The translations under genes and the position numbers were made by a program. A stretch of 60,691 bases of DNA, counting the filler, from an uncultured Methanosarcinales archaeon (GTDB taxonomy: Archaea > Nanobdellota > Nanobdellia > Woesearchaeales > CAYSVS01), in the NCBI GenBank assembly GCA_964589485.1. It is 5 parts of 3 records of this genome, joined end to end, with 100 filler letters (N's around TTAATTAATTAA, not from the genome) between each part and the next. Parts side by side here need not be neighbours in the genome. Positions count along the whole stretch, not along the records: positions 15,004 to 40,132 come from CAZPRK010000001.1; 4 more parts are not named here. One strand, 5' to 3'. A model generated the notes under the pieces. It was not told where the DNA came from and searched no databases. It saw nothing but the letters and a program-made list of their open reading frames with translations. The number at the start of each line of letters is the position of its first letter. Positions within the stretch are counted from its first letter, which is position 1. This document shows, in pieces, positions 19,045-28,832 of the stretch.

Positions 19045-19439
19045 AGAAAAATATTGGGATTGACGGGGAAACACCAAAAGAAGATTGTGGTGATGTAAAT
19101 TGCCCATTTCATGGTAATTTAAAAGTTAAGCAAGTATATTTTGTTGGTACTGTTGTTTCATCAAAAATGCAAAAAAGTGCTACAGTAGTTTTACCTAGAA
19201 CTCATTTTGTTCCTAAATTTGAAAGAAATGAAAAAAGAAAGACAAGATTGAAAGTTCATAATCCTTTATGTATTCATATTAAAGATGGAGATATAGTAAA
19301 AATAGCTGCATGTAGGCCAATAAGTAAAACTAAAAATTTTGTAATTGTAAAAAAATTAATGCATAAAATTATTGTTGAGAAAGAAGATGCATTTGTGAAA
19401 GAGAAAAAAAATGATTCCAGTAAACGCGAAGATAGTTAA
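19041..19439 (+). CDS. rps17: 30S ribosomal protein uS17
   Basis: CPFHG, CRPISKTK. Confidence 0.96.
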   Translation: MKKNIGIDGETPKEDCGDVNCPFHGNLKVKQVYFVGTVVSSKMQKSATVVLPRTHFVPKFERNEKRKTRLKVHNPLCIHIKDGDIVKIAACRPISKTKNFVIVKKLMHKIIVEKEDAFVKEKKNDSSKREDS

Positions 19440-19812
19440 AGGGTTGCCAGTAGGGGCAAGAGTACCGACTTGTGATAACAGTGGGGCTAAGATGATTAAA
19501 GTTATAGCTGTAAAAGGTCACAAAACTGTAAAAAGAAGATTACCTAGTGCAGGTATTGGAGATTTAATAATGTGTTCAGTAATTAAAGGAAAACCAGATG
19601 TAAGAAAACAGGTTGTTTTTGCTGTTGTTGTTAGACAGAAAAAAGAATATAGAAGACCTAATGGGACAAGAGTTAAGTTTTCGGATAATGCAGTTGTAGT
19701 ATTAAAGGATGATAAAGGAAACCCAAAAGGAACAATTTTCAAAGGTCCTATTGCAAAGGAAGCTTGTGAAAGATATCCGGGTATAGCAAAGATTGCTAGT
19801 ATAATAGTTTAG
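19411..19812 (+). CDS. rpl14: 50S ribosomal protein uL14
   Basis: CDNSGAK, F.DNAVV, KGPIAKE. Confidence 0.97.
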   Translation: MIPVNAKIVKGLPVGARVPTCDNSGAKMIKVIAVKGHKTVKRRLPSAGIGDLIMCSVIKGKPDVRKQVVFAVVVRQKKEYRRPNGTRVKFSDNAVVVLKDDKGNPKGTIFKGPIAKEACERYPGIAKIASIIV

Positions 19813-19823
19813 GTATATAAAAA

Positions 19824-20210
19824 ATGAAAAAAGATTTTTCAATATCATGGAAAAGTAGCGTGCAACCACGTAAACAGAGAAAGTATAGATACAACTCTCC
19901 TTTACATATGAGAAAAAAAATGTTAGCTGCACATTTATCTAAAGAGTTAATAAAAAAACATAATAAAAGAAGTTTGCCAGTATCTAAAGGGGATAAAGTC
20001 AAAGTAATGAGAGGACAGTTTAAGGGAAAGGTTGGTGTTATTGAGAAAGTGGATAGAAATAATTTAAGAGTTTATGTTGAAGGTATTGAAATGTTAAAAA
20101 AAGATGGAAGTAAGGTAAAATATTCAATTGATCCATCAAATTTAATGATAACTGAATTAAAATTAGAAGATAAAAGAAGGTTAAAGGTTGCAGAGGTTAA
20201 AAATGGTTAA
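19824..20210 (+). CDS. rpl24: 50S ribosomal protein uL24
   Basis: SVQPRKQRK, KGDKVKVMRGQFKG. Confidence 0.96.
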   Translation: MKKDFSISWKSSVQPRKQRKYRYNSPLHMRKKMLAAHLSKELIKKHNKRSLPVSKGDKVKVMRGQFKGKVGVIEKVDRNNLRVYVEGIEMLKKDGSKVKYSIDPSNLMITELKLEDKRRLKVAEVKNG

Positions 20211-20898
20211 AAATCATCTTAAAAGTTTGAATGCGCCTAAAAGTTGGCCAATTCACAAAAAGGAAAATGTATGGGTAGCTAGACCTAATCCTGGAGCTCA
20301 TAAATTAAAAGAAGGGATTTCTTTATTATTAGCTATGAAAGAATTACTAAAATATGCTAAAACTAAAAGAGAAGTAAGGCATATTCTAAATAATAAAATT
20401 ATTGAAGTAGATGGAAAAAGAAGAAAAGATTTAGATCACTTAGTTGGTTTAATGGATGTTATTACTGCTCCTGATTTAAAAGAAAGTCATCGTGTTTTAT
20501 TTAATTCAAAAGGAAAATTAATAGTTCATAAAATAGACGATGCTGAATCTAAATTAAAAATTTCAAGAATAACTGGAAAAACATTATTAAAAGGAAAAAT
20601 GCAATTAAATACAAGCGATTCAAGAAATATTTTTGTAGATAAGGATGATTATAAAGTTGGAGATTCTTTATTGATAGAATTACCTTCTCAAAAAATAAAG
20701 GCTCATTTGAAATTAGAAAAAGGAGCTATGATATATTTAACTGGTGGAAAACACATAGGAAGTGTTGGAAACATTGAGAGCCTTGAAGGAAAAAAATTAA
20801 CATTCAAAACAAATGGAGAAGTATATGAAACTTTGAATAAGTTTGCTTTCGTAGTAGGAAAAGATAAACCTGTTTTAACATTATTAAAAAATGAATAA
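20203..20898 (+). CDS. rps4e: 30S ribosomal protein eS4
   Basis: HLK.LNAPKSW, PGAH, VGLMDVI, GGKHIG; ATG at 20203 after GAGG. Confidence 0.96.
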   Translation: MVKNHLKSLNAPKSWPIHKKENVWVARPNPGAHKLKEGISLLLAMKELLKYAKTKREVRHILNNKIIEVDGKRRKDLDHLVGLMDVITAPDLKESHRVLFNSKGKLIVHKIDDAESKLKISRITGKTLLKGKMQLNTSDSRNIFVDKDDYKVGDSLLIELPSQKIKAHLKLEKGAMIYLTGGKHIGSVGNIESLEGKKLTFKTNGEVYETLNKFAFVVGKDKPVLTLLKNE

Positions 20899-21418
20899 GA
20901 TGAAAGATATTAGGATAGAGAAAATTACACTTAATGTAGGTGCTGGAAAGGACGCAGGTAAGTTGGAAAAAGGAATTAAATTACTTAAAACAATATCTGG
21001 AAAAGAACCTGTTAAAACTTTTACTACTAAAAGAATACCTGCATGGAGTTTAAGACCTGGTTTACCTATTGGATGTAAAATTACAATTAGGGGAGAAAAA
21101 GCAAAAGATATTTTAATGAAATTAATTGAAGCTAAAGACTTTATTTTAAATCCTAATCAATTCGATAATCATGGAAATCTTTCATTCGGTATGAAGGAAT
21201 ATTTAGATATAAGGGATATTAAATATGACCCTGAAATAGGAATTATGGGTTTTGAAATTTGTGTTACTTTAGAAAGACCAGGATTTAGAGTAAAGAAAAG
21301 AAAAATTTTGAAAAATAAGATTGGTTCAAACCATAGAATTTCAAAAGAAGATTCTATTAAATTTATGGAAGATAATTTTAAAATAAAACTAGATGAAGAG
21401 GATAAAAATGACTTATAG
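20891..21418 (+). CDS. rpl5: 50S ribosomal protein uL5
   Basis: [24 protein letters not shown]. Confidence 0.97.
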   Translation: MNKMKDIRIEKITLNVGAGKDAGKLEKGIKLLKTISGKEPVKTFTTKRIPAWSLRPGLPIGCKITIRGEKAKDILMKLIEAKDFILNPNQFDNHGNLSFGMKEYLDIRDIKYDPEIGIMGFEICVTLERPGFRVKKRKILKNKIGSNHRISKEDSIKFMEDNFKIKLDEEDKNDL

Positions 21419-21638
21419 TAATCATAAGAAGGCTTTAAATCAATTAAAAGTAAAGCCAGCTAAATATAAAAAATTTTTGAAACACAATAAACCGAAAGAA
21501 AGAACTTGCGGAGTTGCTCTTAAAAGATGTAAACGTTGTGACAGAATTAGAGGACATATTCAAAAATATGGTCTTGGGTTATGTAGACAATGTTTTAGAG
21601 AAATTGCAACAGATATTGGTTTCAAAAAGTATGGTTGA
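21408..21638 (+). CDS. rps14: 30S ribosomal protein uS14
   Basis: CKRC...LCRQCFRE zinc motif; ATG at 21408. Confidence 0.95.
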   Translation: MTYSNHKKALNQLKVKPAKYKKFLKHNKPKERTCGVALKRCKRCDRIRGHIQKYGLGLCRQCFREIATDIGFKKYG

Positions 21639-21647
21639 GGTTAAAAA

Positions 21648-22040
21648 ATGTCACTAAATGATCCAATATCAAATGCTTTGTCAAAAATTTTAAATGCAGA
21701 GAAAGCAGGAAAAAATAAATGTAAGATTAAACCAGTTTCAAATCTATTGAAAAAAATATTGGACATAATGAATAATTTAGGTTATGTTGGAACTTATGAC
21801 GAAGTTATCGATATTAAAGGCAATTATCTCATGCTAAATTTGTTGGGTAATGTCAATAAATGCGGAACAATTAAACCACATTATGCTGTTGGAAAAGATA
21901 ATATGGTTAAGTTTGAAAAAAGATATTTGTTAAGCCAAGGATTTGGTGTTATTATTTTATCAACTAGTCAGGGTGTAATGACTCAAGAAGAAGCAAAATC
22001 AAAAAATATAGGCGGAAAATTAATCGCATATTGTTATTAA
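21648..22040 (+). CDS. rps8: 30S ribosomal protein uS8
   Basis: DPISNAL, STSQGVM, GGKLIAY. Confidence 0.97.
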   Translation: MSLNDPISNALSKILNAEKAGKNKCKIKPVSNLLKKILDIMNNLGYVGTYDEVIDIKGNYLMLNLLGNVNKCGTIKPHYAVGKDNMVKFEKRYLLSQGFGVIILSTSQGVMTQEEAKSKNIGGKLIAYCY

Positions 22041-22041
22041 A

Positions 22042-22584
22042 ATGGAACAAAAAACAATTCAAGTAGATCTCGGAGAAGGAGTTTCAGCTAATGTTAATAA
22101 GTATGATTTAACTATTAATGGCTCTAAAGGAGAGGTAACTAAAACTTTAGCAAATAAACAAGTAACTTTAAGTGTTGAAGATAATAAAGTACTTGTAAAT
22201 ACACCTAGTATGTCAAAAAAATATAAAAAAATAGTAAATACTTTTGTAGCTCATATTAAAAATATGATTAAAGGAAGTCAGGAAGGATTTGTTTATAAAT
22301 TAAAAATTTGTTCTGGGCATTTTCCAATGAATGTTTCAATTAAAGACGATATATTATCAGTTAAGAATTTATTTGGAGAAAAAATAGCTAGAGAACTAAA
22401 ATTAAAACCAGGATCAGATGTTAAAATTGATGGAGAAATAATTACGGTACAAAGTAATAATAAAGAAATTGCAGGTCAAGTTGCAGCTGATATCGAAAAA
22501 CTTACAAGAAGACCTGGTTTTGATAATAGAATCTTTCAGGATGGAATTTACATTACAGAAAAAGCTGGTAAGAAGTTAAAATGA
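22042..22584 (+). CDS. rpl6: 50S ribosomal protein uL6
   Basis: HFPM, N.FGEK, D.RIFQDGIYI. Confidence 0.97.
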   Translation: MEQKTIQVDLGEGVSANVNKYDLTINGSKGEVTKTLANKQVTLSVEDNKVLVNTPSMSKKYKKIVNTFVAHIKNMIKGSQEGFVYKLKICSGHFPMNVSIKDDILSVKNLFGEKIARELKLKPGSDVKIDGEIITVQSNNKEIAGQVAADIEKLTRRPGFDNRIFQDGIYITEKAGKKLK

Positions 22585-23120
22585 AGAATTTAGAATTACG
22601 GAAAAAAATTAAGGCGAAGAAGCCAGAGTTTCTTAGACAAGATTCTCATAAAAAAGGCGAAATTAGTAATAATTGGAGAAAACCGAAAGGACTTCAATCT
22701 AAAATGAGACTTCATAAGAAAGGTTATAGAAGAAGTGTTGAAATTGGCTGGAAAAGTCCTGCTGATGTTAAAGGACTACATTCAAATGGTTTAATGCCAG
22801 TTAATGTAAGTAACATTTCTCAGTTAGATTTAATTAAAAAAGAAACTCATGGAGTAGTTGTATCAAAAACAGTTGGTATGAAAAAGAAAGCAGATATATT
22901 ACAAAAAGCTAAAGATTTATCTTTAACTGTTTTAAATGCAGATATAGATGCTTATTTAGTCTCAGTTAAGGAAAAAATAGAAAAGAAAAAAGAAATAAAA
23001 AAAGCAAAAGAAAAAAAGGTTAAAGAAGCTCCTAAAAAGGAAAAGAAACCTGAAGTAAAAGAAAAAACTGAAGAAGAGAAAAAAAAGGAAAAAGATAAAA
23101 TTTTAACACAAAAACAATGA
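22581..23120 (+). CDS. rpl32e: 50S ribosomal protein eL32
   Basis: FLRQD, WRKPKGLQSKMR; K/E-rich tail. Confidence 0.95.
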   Translation: MKNLELRKKIKAKKPEFLRQDSHKKGEISNNWRKPKGLQSKMRLHKKGYRRSVEIGWKSPADVKGLHSNGLMPVNVSNISQLDLIKKETHGVVVSKTVGMKKKADILQKAKDLSLTVLNADIDAYLVSVKEKIEKKKEIKKAKEKKVKEAPKKEKKPEVKEKTEEEKKKEKDKILTQKQ

Positions 23121-23560
23121 CATTACAAAAAAGATTAGCGGCTGACATTTTAGATGTTGGATTGAAAAGAGTTTGGTTCGATGAGACTAGACTAGATGAA
23201 ATTACTAAAACTATTACTAAAGCAGATATAAAAAAATTAATATCAGACGGAGCAATTAGAGAAAAACCAATTCAATCTATTTCAAAATTTAGAGCAAGAA
23301 AAATTAAAGATCAAAAGAGAAAAGGAAGACAAAAAGGACATGGAAGTAGAAAGGGTAAAAAAACTGCACGAACTGGTAAAAAAGAACTATGGGTTCAAAA
23401 AGTAAGAGTTCAAAGAAATTTTTTAAAAGATTTAAAAGAAAAAAAGTTATTGGAACAAAAAGATTACAAAGAAATAAAAATGAAAATTAAAGGTGGCTTT
23501 TTTAGAAGTAAACGTCACATTAAATTGTTTGTAGACGATAAGGAAATGATTAAAAAATGA
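23117..23560 (+). CDS. rpl19e: 50S ribosomal protein eL19
   Basis: QKRLAA...RVW, G.GSRKG. Confidence 0.96.
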   Translation: MTLQKRLAADILDVGLKRVWFDETRLDEITKTITKADIKKLISDGAIREKPIQSISKFRARKIKDQKRKGRQKGHGSRKGKKTARTGKKELWVQKVRVQRNFLKDLKEKKLLEQKDYKEIKMKIKGGFFRSKRHIKLFVDDKEMIKK

Positions 23561-24102
23561 AATCACAAAAATTTACAGTAAAATATAGAAGAAAAAGACA
23601 AGGTAAGACTAATTATAAAAAAAGACTTGCTTATATTAAGTCTGGAAATCCTAGATTGGTAATTAGAAGCAGTCTAAATAATATACTTGTTCAATGTATT
23701 GAGTTTAATCCTAATGGAGATAAAATTTTAGTAAGTAGTCATTCTTCGGAATTAGAAAAATACGGTTGGAAAAATATAAGAAGTAACCTTCCTACATCGT
23801 ATTTAACTGGGTTATTGGCAGGGAAAAAAGCTGCTAAACTAGGGGTTAAAGATATTGTTTTAGACATTGGATTTAATGTATCAGTTAAAGGATCGAAAGT
23901 ATATGCAGCAGTTAAAGGTATTGTTGATTCAGGTTTTAATTTGAATATAGCTGAAGAGATGTTACCTTCGGAAGATAGGATTTCTGGAAAACATATTCAA
24001 ACCTATGATTCAAAAAATTCAAATCAATTTTCAAAATATTCAGATAAACAAAATTTAGAAAAACAATTTGCTGATACAAAAGCAAAAATATTACAGGTGT
24101 AA
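23557..24102 (+). CDS. rpl18: 50S ribosomal protein uL18
   Basis: RRKRQGKTNY..R, RLVIR, RISGKHI. Confidence 0.96.
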   Translation: MKSQKFTVKYRRKRQGKTNYKKRLAYIKSGNPRLVIRSSLNNILVQCIEFNPNGDKILVSSHSSELEKYGWKNIRSNLPTSYLTGLLAGKKAAKLGVKDIVLDIGFNVSVKGSKVYAAVKGIVDSGFNLNIAEEMLPSEDRISGKHIQTYDSKNSNQFSKYSDKQNLEKQFADTKAKILQV

Positions 24103-24104
24103 AA

Positions 24105-24857
24105 ATGGAAGAAAAGCCTAAAGCAGAAAATAGAGAAGCAAGAAAAGAGCCTTCAGTAATAGATGTATGGAAACCTAAAACTTCATTAGGAAAAAAAGTA
24201 AAAGATAAAGAAATTTCATCTATGGAAGAAGTTCTTGATAAGGGATATAATATTTTGGAACCAGAAATAGTGGATGTATTAATTCCAGAATTAGAAACAG
24301 AATTATTATTAATTGGTCAGTCAAAAGGTAAGTTTGGGGGAGGACAGAGACGTGTCTTCAAACAAACTCAAAAGAAAACTAGAGAAGGTAATAAACCTAA
24401 ATTTGCAACATATGGTTTAGTTGGAAATTCAAATGGTCTTGTTGGGGCTGGTTACGGTAAAAGTAAAGAAACTGTTCCTGCAAGAGAAAAGTCAATTAGA
24501 TTAGGTAAGTTAAATTTAATTAAAATAAGAAGAGGTTGTGGTTCATGGGAATGTGGATGCAAAGAACCTCATTCATTGCCGTTTAAAGTTGAAGGAAAAT
24601 GCGGAAGTGTTAAAGTACAATTAATTCCTGCTCCTAAAGGAACAGGATTAGTAAGTGAAAAAGAATGTCAAAAAATATTAAAATTTGCAGGAATTAAAGA
24701 TGTTTGGAGTAAATGTTTTGGACAAACAAGTAGTAAGATTAATTTAATTAAAGCAACTTTGAATGCACTTGAAAAAACTATGAAAACTAAAATTAGACCT
24801 GAGGCTATTGAAAAACTTGGAATAGTAGAAGGCGGAATTAAGAAAGAAAATGAGTAA
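24105..24857 (+). CDS. rps5: 30S ribosomal protein uS5
   Basis: WKPKT.LG, RGCGSWEC, PAPKGTGL. Confidence 0.97.
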   Translation: MEEKPKAENREARKEPSVIDVWKPKTSLGKKVKDKEISSMEEVLDKGYNILEPEIVDVLIPELETELLLIGQSKGKFGGGQRRVFKQTQKKTREGNKPKFATYGLVGNSNGLVGAGYGKSKETVPAREKSIRLGKLNLIKIRRGCGSWECGCKEPHSLPFKVEGKCGSVKVQLIPAPKGTGLVSEKECQKILKFAGIKDVWSKCFGQTSSKINLIKATLNALEKTMKTKIRPEAIEKLGIVEGGIKKENE

Positions 24858-25200
24858 ATTAGCAATTATTAGGATTAGAGGAATTATTGGAGTAAATTCA
24901 AAAGCTTCAAGAACGTTAGAGTTATTAAAATTAAAACGGAAAAATGCATGTGTTGTTATAGAAGATACTCCTAGTTCAAGAGGTATGATAGCTATAGTTA
25001 AAGACTTTGTAACATGGGGAGAAGTTAAAGATGAAAGTATAGCATTACTTAATGAAAAAAGAGGAGAAGGTACTTTATTCTCATTACATCCACCTCGTGG
25101 AGGATTTGAAAGAAAAGGTATAAAAAATTCTTTTCAAGTTGGCGGAGCATTAGGTTATAGAGCGGATAAAATAAATGATTTAATTAAAAAGATGATTTAA
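24850..25200 (+). CDS. rpl30: 50S ribosomal protein uL30
   Basis: IRIRG, VTWGE, LHPPRGG. Confidence 0.95.
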   Translation: MSKLAIIRIRGIIGVNSKASRTLELLKLKRKNACVVIEDTPSSRGMIAIVKDFVTWGEVKDESIALLNEKRGEGTLFSLHPPRGGFERKGIKNSFQVGGALGYRADKINDLIKKMI

Positions 25201-25201
25201 T

Positions 25202-25783
25202 ATGGTTGAAAATAAAAGATCAAAAAATTCAAGGCAACGTGGAAGTCATACTCATGGTTATGGTAGTATGAAGAAGCATAGAGGGGCTGGATCTAGAGGA
25301 GGAAGAGGAAGAGCTGGGTCTGGTAAAAGAGGAGATAGTCAAAAACCTTCTTTAACTTGGAAAAAAGGAAGTAAGTATAAAGGTAAAATTGGATTTACTT
25401 CATTAAAATCAAAATTAAGAACAATTAGTATTGCATATTTAGAACAAAAGTTAGATACTTTATTAAAAAATAAATTAATAGAAGATAAGAATGGTGTTAT
25501 TCAAGTTGATTTAAGTAAATTAAAAGCAGACAAATTATTGAGCAATGGTTCAACTTCTAGAAAATATTCTATTGCTTGTCTGGCTTATTCTGCTAGAGCT
25601 AAAGAAAAAATCGAAGCAGCAGGTGGAAGTTTAGTTGAACCTGTAGTAGAAAAAGAAATTCAAGTAGCTGATAAAAAAGAACTTCAGAAAAAAGAGGAAA
25701 CTCCTGTAGCTAAAGTTCCTGAGAAGAAAGTTGTAAAAGTTGAAGAGAAAACTTCTGAAGTTAAAGAAGAAGTTTCTAACTGA
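25202..25783 (+). CDS. rpl15: 50S ribosomal protein uL15
   Basis: RGSHTHG.G...RGAGSRGGRG, KIEAAGG; charged tail. Confidence 0.96.
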   Translation: MVENKRSKNSRQRGSHTHGYGSMKKHRGAGSRGGRGRAGSGKRGDSQKPSLTWKKGSKYKGKIGFTSLKSKLRTISIAYLEQKLDTLLKNKLIEDKNGVIQVDLSKLKADKLLSNGSTSRKYSIACLAYSARAKEKIEAAGGSLVEPVVEKEIQVADKKELQKKEETPVAKVPEKKVVKVEEKTSEVKEEVSN

Positions 25784-25811
25784 ATTTATTAAGAATAAAT
25801 CAACCGATACA

Positions 25812-25821
25812 TTTTTAAATA
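25812..25821 (+). promoter_or_regulatory. Putative archaeal TATA box for secY
   Basis: TTTTTAAATA about 30-40 bp before the ATG, with AGGTG SD in between. Confidence 0.5.
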
Positions 25822-25851
25822 AAAGCTTAATCTGTTAACTAAGGTGTTTTA

Positions 25852-27249
25852 ATGTCTTTTTTAGATACAATATTATCAAACTTACCAGAGGTTCAAGGTC
25901 CTGAACAAAGGAGACTTGGTTTTAAAGAAAAACTAAAGTGGACTGGGTTAATATTATCTTTGTTCTTTGTTTTAGGATTGATTCCTTTATTTGGTTTAGG
26001 TCAGAACTCTTTATCTAGATTTGAATATTTATCTATAATTTTAGGTGCAGAATTTGGAAGTATTGTTTCTTTAGGAATAGGCCCAATTGTTACTGCATCC
26101 ATTGTTTTACAGTTATTAAATGGAAGTGGAATTCTTAATATGGATCTTACTACTAAAGAAGGTAAGAGAAGATTTCAAGGTATTCAAAAATTATTAGCAA
26201 TCTTTTTTATTATATTAGAAGCTGGAATTTATGTATTCATGGGTGGGTTAGCTCCAGTTGCAGGTCATCCTTCATTTTTTGTTTTAGAAATGCTGTTAAT
26301 ATTTCAATTAATATTGGGTGGTTTTCTTATCATGTTTATGGACGAAGTTATTAGTAAATGGGGTTTTGGTTCAGGATTAAGTTTATTTATTGCTGCAGGT
26401 GTATCTAAAACTATTTTTGTAAGATTATTAAGTCCTTTTACTAATGCTGGGCTATTAGGTTGGCCTTTAGGGGATGGAGCACCTATTGGTAAATTATTTG
26501 AATTATTTTATGCATTGTCAATTGGTGATCCTACTACGGCTGCATTAGCATTAGGAACTATTGCTGCAACTGCTGCTGTTTTTGCAGTATGTGTATTTGC
26601 TCAAGCTATGAAGATAGAAATACCTTTAAGTTTTGGTAGAATAAGGGGACATGGAATAAGATGGCCTTTAAATTTCTTATATACATCAAATATTCCTGTT
26701 ATTTTAATTGCTGCTTTGATAGCAAATGTTCAACTTTGGGCTAGATTATTGCAAAATTGGGGTTATCCTATTTTGGGAACTTTTTCAGGACAAGTTCCTG
26801 CGTCTGGTTTTGTTTCTTGGATATATGCTCCAAATATGTTACAAAGATTTTTTACTGGAAGTTTTGTTTTTTCAGATATTTTACATTCATTAAGTTATAT
26901 TTTATTTATGGTTTGTGGTGCAGTTATTTTTTCAGTTTTCTGGGTACAAACTTCAGGTATGGATTCTAAAAGTCAAGCTAAACAAATTATGTCATCTGGG
27001 TTACAAATTCCTGGATTTAGGAAAGATCAACGTGTTTTAGAAAGGTTACTTGATAGATATATTTGGCCTTTAACTGTAATGGGTGGAATAGCTGTAGGTG
27101 TTTTGGCTGCAGTTGCAGATTTAACTGATGCATTAGGAACTGGTACAGGTATTTTATTAGCTGTAATGATTATTTATAGACTTTATGAAGAAATTGCAAA
27201 ACAACATATGATGGATATGCATCCAATGATGCGGAAGATGATGGAATAA
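25852..27249 (+). CDS. secY: Preprotein translocase SecY
   Basis: LGIGPIVTA, KWGFGSG.SLFIAAG, YTSNIPVIL, IPGFR, GTGILL. Confidence 0.98.
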   Translation: MSFLDTILSNLPEVQGPEQRRLGFKEKLKWTGLILSLFFVLGLIPLFGLGQNSLSRFEYLSIILGAEFGSIVSLGIGPIVTASIVLQLLNGSGILNMDLTTKEGKRRFQGIQKLLAIFFIILEAGIYVFMGGLAPVAGHPSFFVLEMLLIFQLILGGFLIMFMDEVISKWGFGSGLSLFIAAGVSKTIFVRLLSPFTNAGLLGWPLGDGAPIGKLFELFYALSIGDPTTAALALGTIAATAAVFAVCVFAQAMKIEIPLSFGRIRGHGIRWPLNFLYTSNIPVILIAALIANVQLWARLLQNWGYPILGTFSGQVPASGFVSWIYAPNMLQRFFTGSFVFSDILHSLSYILFMVCGAVIFSVFWVQTSGMDSKSQAKQIMSSGLQIPGFRKDQRVLERLLDRYIWPLTVMGGIAVGVLAAVADLTDALGTGTGILLAVMIIYRLYEEIAKQHMMDMHPMMRKMME

Positions 27250-27250
27250 A

Positions 27251-27991
27251 ATGTCATTTTTAGATCCTTTACTTAATCCTTTGTTAACTTTATCACCTTT
27301 ATGGGTAATAATATTAATTTCTTTACTTGTTGCAGTTTTAATGACAGTTATTTACAAATGGATGACTGATCAAGATTTAATGAAAGTTCTTAAAGATGAT
27401 ATTAAAAAATTTCAAAATGAAATGAAAGAATTACGTCAACATCCAGAAAAAATGATGGAAGTTCAAAAAAAAGCAATGGAAACTAATATGAAATATATGA
27501 TGCAAAGTATGAAGCCTACTTTTGTTACGTTTATTCCTATTATTTTAGTATTTGGGTGGTTACAAGCTCATTTAGTATATTCTCCAATAATGCCTGGTGA
27601 AGAATTCCAAACTTTTATTGAATTCGAGGAAGGTTTTATAGGGAATGCTGAAATTACTACACCTGGAGAAATTGAACTATTAAGTGGAAGAAATGTTGAA
27701 GTTAAAGATGGGAAAGCGTCATGGATTTTAAAAGGAAGTTTAGGGAGTCATATGTTGGAATATACTGTTAATGATAAAAATTATAATAAACATCTAGAAA
27801 TTACAAATAAACAGTTCTATGAAAAACCAGTTAAAACTATAAAAGATGGAAAAGTAAAGACAATTCAAGTAAAGCATGAAGAAATTAAGTTACTTAATTT
27901 ATTTGGTTGGAAGATTGGTTGGCTTGGAAGTTATATTATATTCTCAATAATTTTTAGTATGTTGTTAAGAAAGTTGTTGAAAGTGCATTAA
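27251..27991 (+). CDS. DUF106 / EMC3-TMCO1 (Oxa1 superfamily) membrane protein
   Basis: TM-coiled coil-Met-rich MKP...P segment, GWLGSYI C-terminal TM; conserved position after secY. Confidence 0.88.
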   Translation: MSFLDPLLNPLLTLSPLWVIILISLLVAVLMTVIYKWMTDQDLMKVLKDDIKKFQNEMKELRQHPEKMMEVQKKAMETNMKYMMQSMKPTFVTFIPIILVFGWLQAHLVYSPIMPGEEFQTFIEFEEGFIGNAEITTPGEIELLSGRNVEVKDGKASWILKGSLGSHMLEYTVNDKNYNKHLEITNKQFYEKPVKTIKDGKVKTIQVKHEEIKLLNLFGWKIGWLGSYIIFSIIFSMLLRKLLKVH

Positions 27992-28031
27992 AAACATTAG
28001 ATTTATAAATAATATCTCTTTTTTTAAAAAA

Positions 28032-28298
28032 ATGGTTGAAGGTAAATTTAAATCAAGGTCTAAGAAGAGAGTAAAGACAGTAGTTCCAGGTGGAAAGGCT
28101 GTAATTCATTATAGAAGAAAAACTCCTCAAAAGGCAAAATGTGCACAATGTTTAGCTGAACTGCATGGAATTCCTGCAAAAATTAATAGCACTTTTAAAA
28201 ATTTAACTAAGAGTCAAAAAACAGTTGCACGTCCATTTGGTGGAAATCTTTGTTCCAAATGCTCAAGATTAACGATTAAAAGTCAAATAAAGGAATAG
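28032..28298 (+). CDS. rpl34e: 50S ribosomal protein eL34
   Basis: PGG, CAQC...RPFGGNLCSKC. Confidence 0.96.
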   Translation: MVEGKFKSRSKKRVKTVVPGGKAVIHYRRKTPQKAKCAQCLAELHGIPAKINSTFKNLTKSQKTVARPFGGNLCSKCSRLTIKSQIKE

Positions 28299-28367
28299 CC
28301 ATCTTTAATGTTAAAGTTCTTTATGGCAACATAAGAATTATTTGTTAAAGAAGACTAACGCTATTTC
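28292..28367 (+). ncRNA. Candidate structured RNA element upstream of rpl14e
   Basis: Three nested stems capped by a GCAA tetraloop, ending just before the AGGAGG SD. Confidence 0.45.
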
Positions 28368-28382
28368 TAGGAGGAAATTAAA

Positions 28383-28826
28383 ATGATGGAAGTAGGAAGA
28401 TTATGTGTAAAAATAGCAGGCAGAGATGCTGGTATGAGTTGTTTAATAGTTGATATATTAAAAGATAATTTTGTATTGATTGATGGTCAAACTAGAAGAA
28501 GAAAATGTAATATGAAGCATTTGGAGCCATTAGAAACTGTAGTTAAAATAAGCTCAGGTGCAGATTCAGCTACTGTTACATCTGAATTAAAAAAATTAAA
28601 TATAGTTGTGATGGAAAGAAAAACTAAAGAAAGAAAGGAAAGACCAAAAAAAGTTATAAAACATAAACTAAGAGAAAAGAAAGAAAAGGTTGTTAAAAAA
28701 GTTACTAAGAAGGATGAAAAGAAAGAAGATTCTTCTTTGGAAAAAGCTGTAGGTGGAAGTGATGAAAAACCTAAGAAAGCTGTTAAAAAGAAAGTAACTA
28801 AGAAAGTTGAAGAAGTAAAAAAATAA
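28383..28826 (+). CDS. rpl14e: 50S ribosomal protein eL14
   Basis: GRLCVKIAGRDAG, RRKCN.KHLEP; K-rich tail. Confidence 0.95.
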   Translation: MMEVGRLCVKIAGRDAGMSCLIVDILKDNFVLIDGQTRRRKCNMKHLEPLETVVKISSGADSATVTSELKKLNIVVMERKTKERKERPKKVIKHKLREKKEKVVKKVTKKDEKKEDSSLEKAVGGSDEKPKKAVKKKVTKKVEEVKK

Positions 28827-28832
28827 TTTTTT

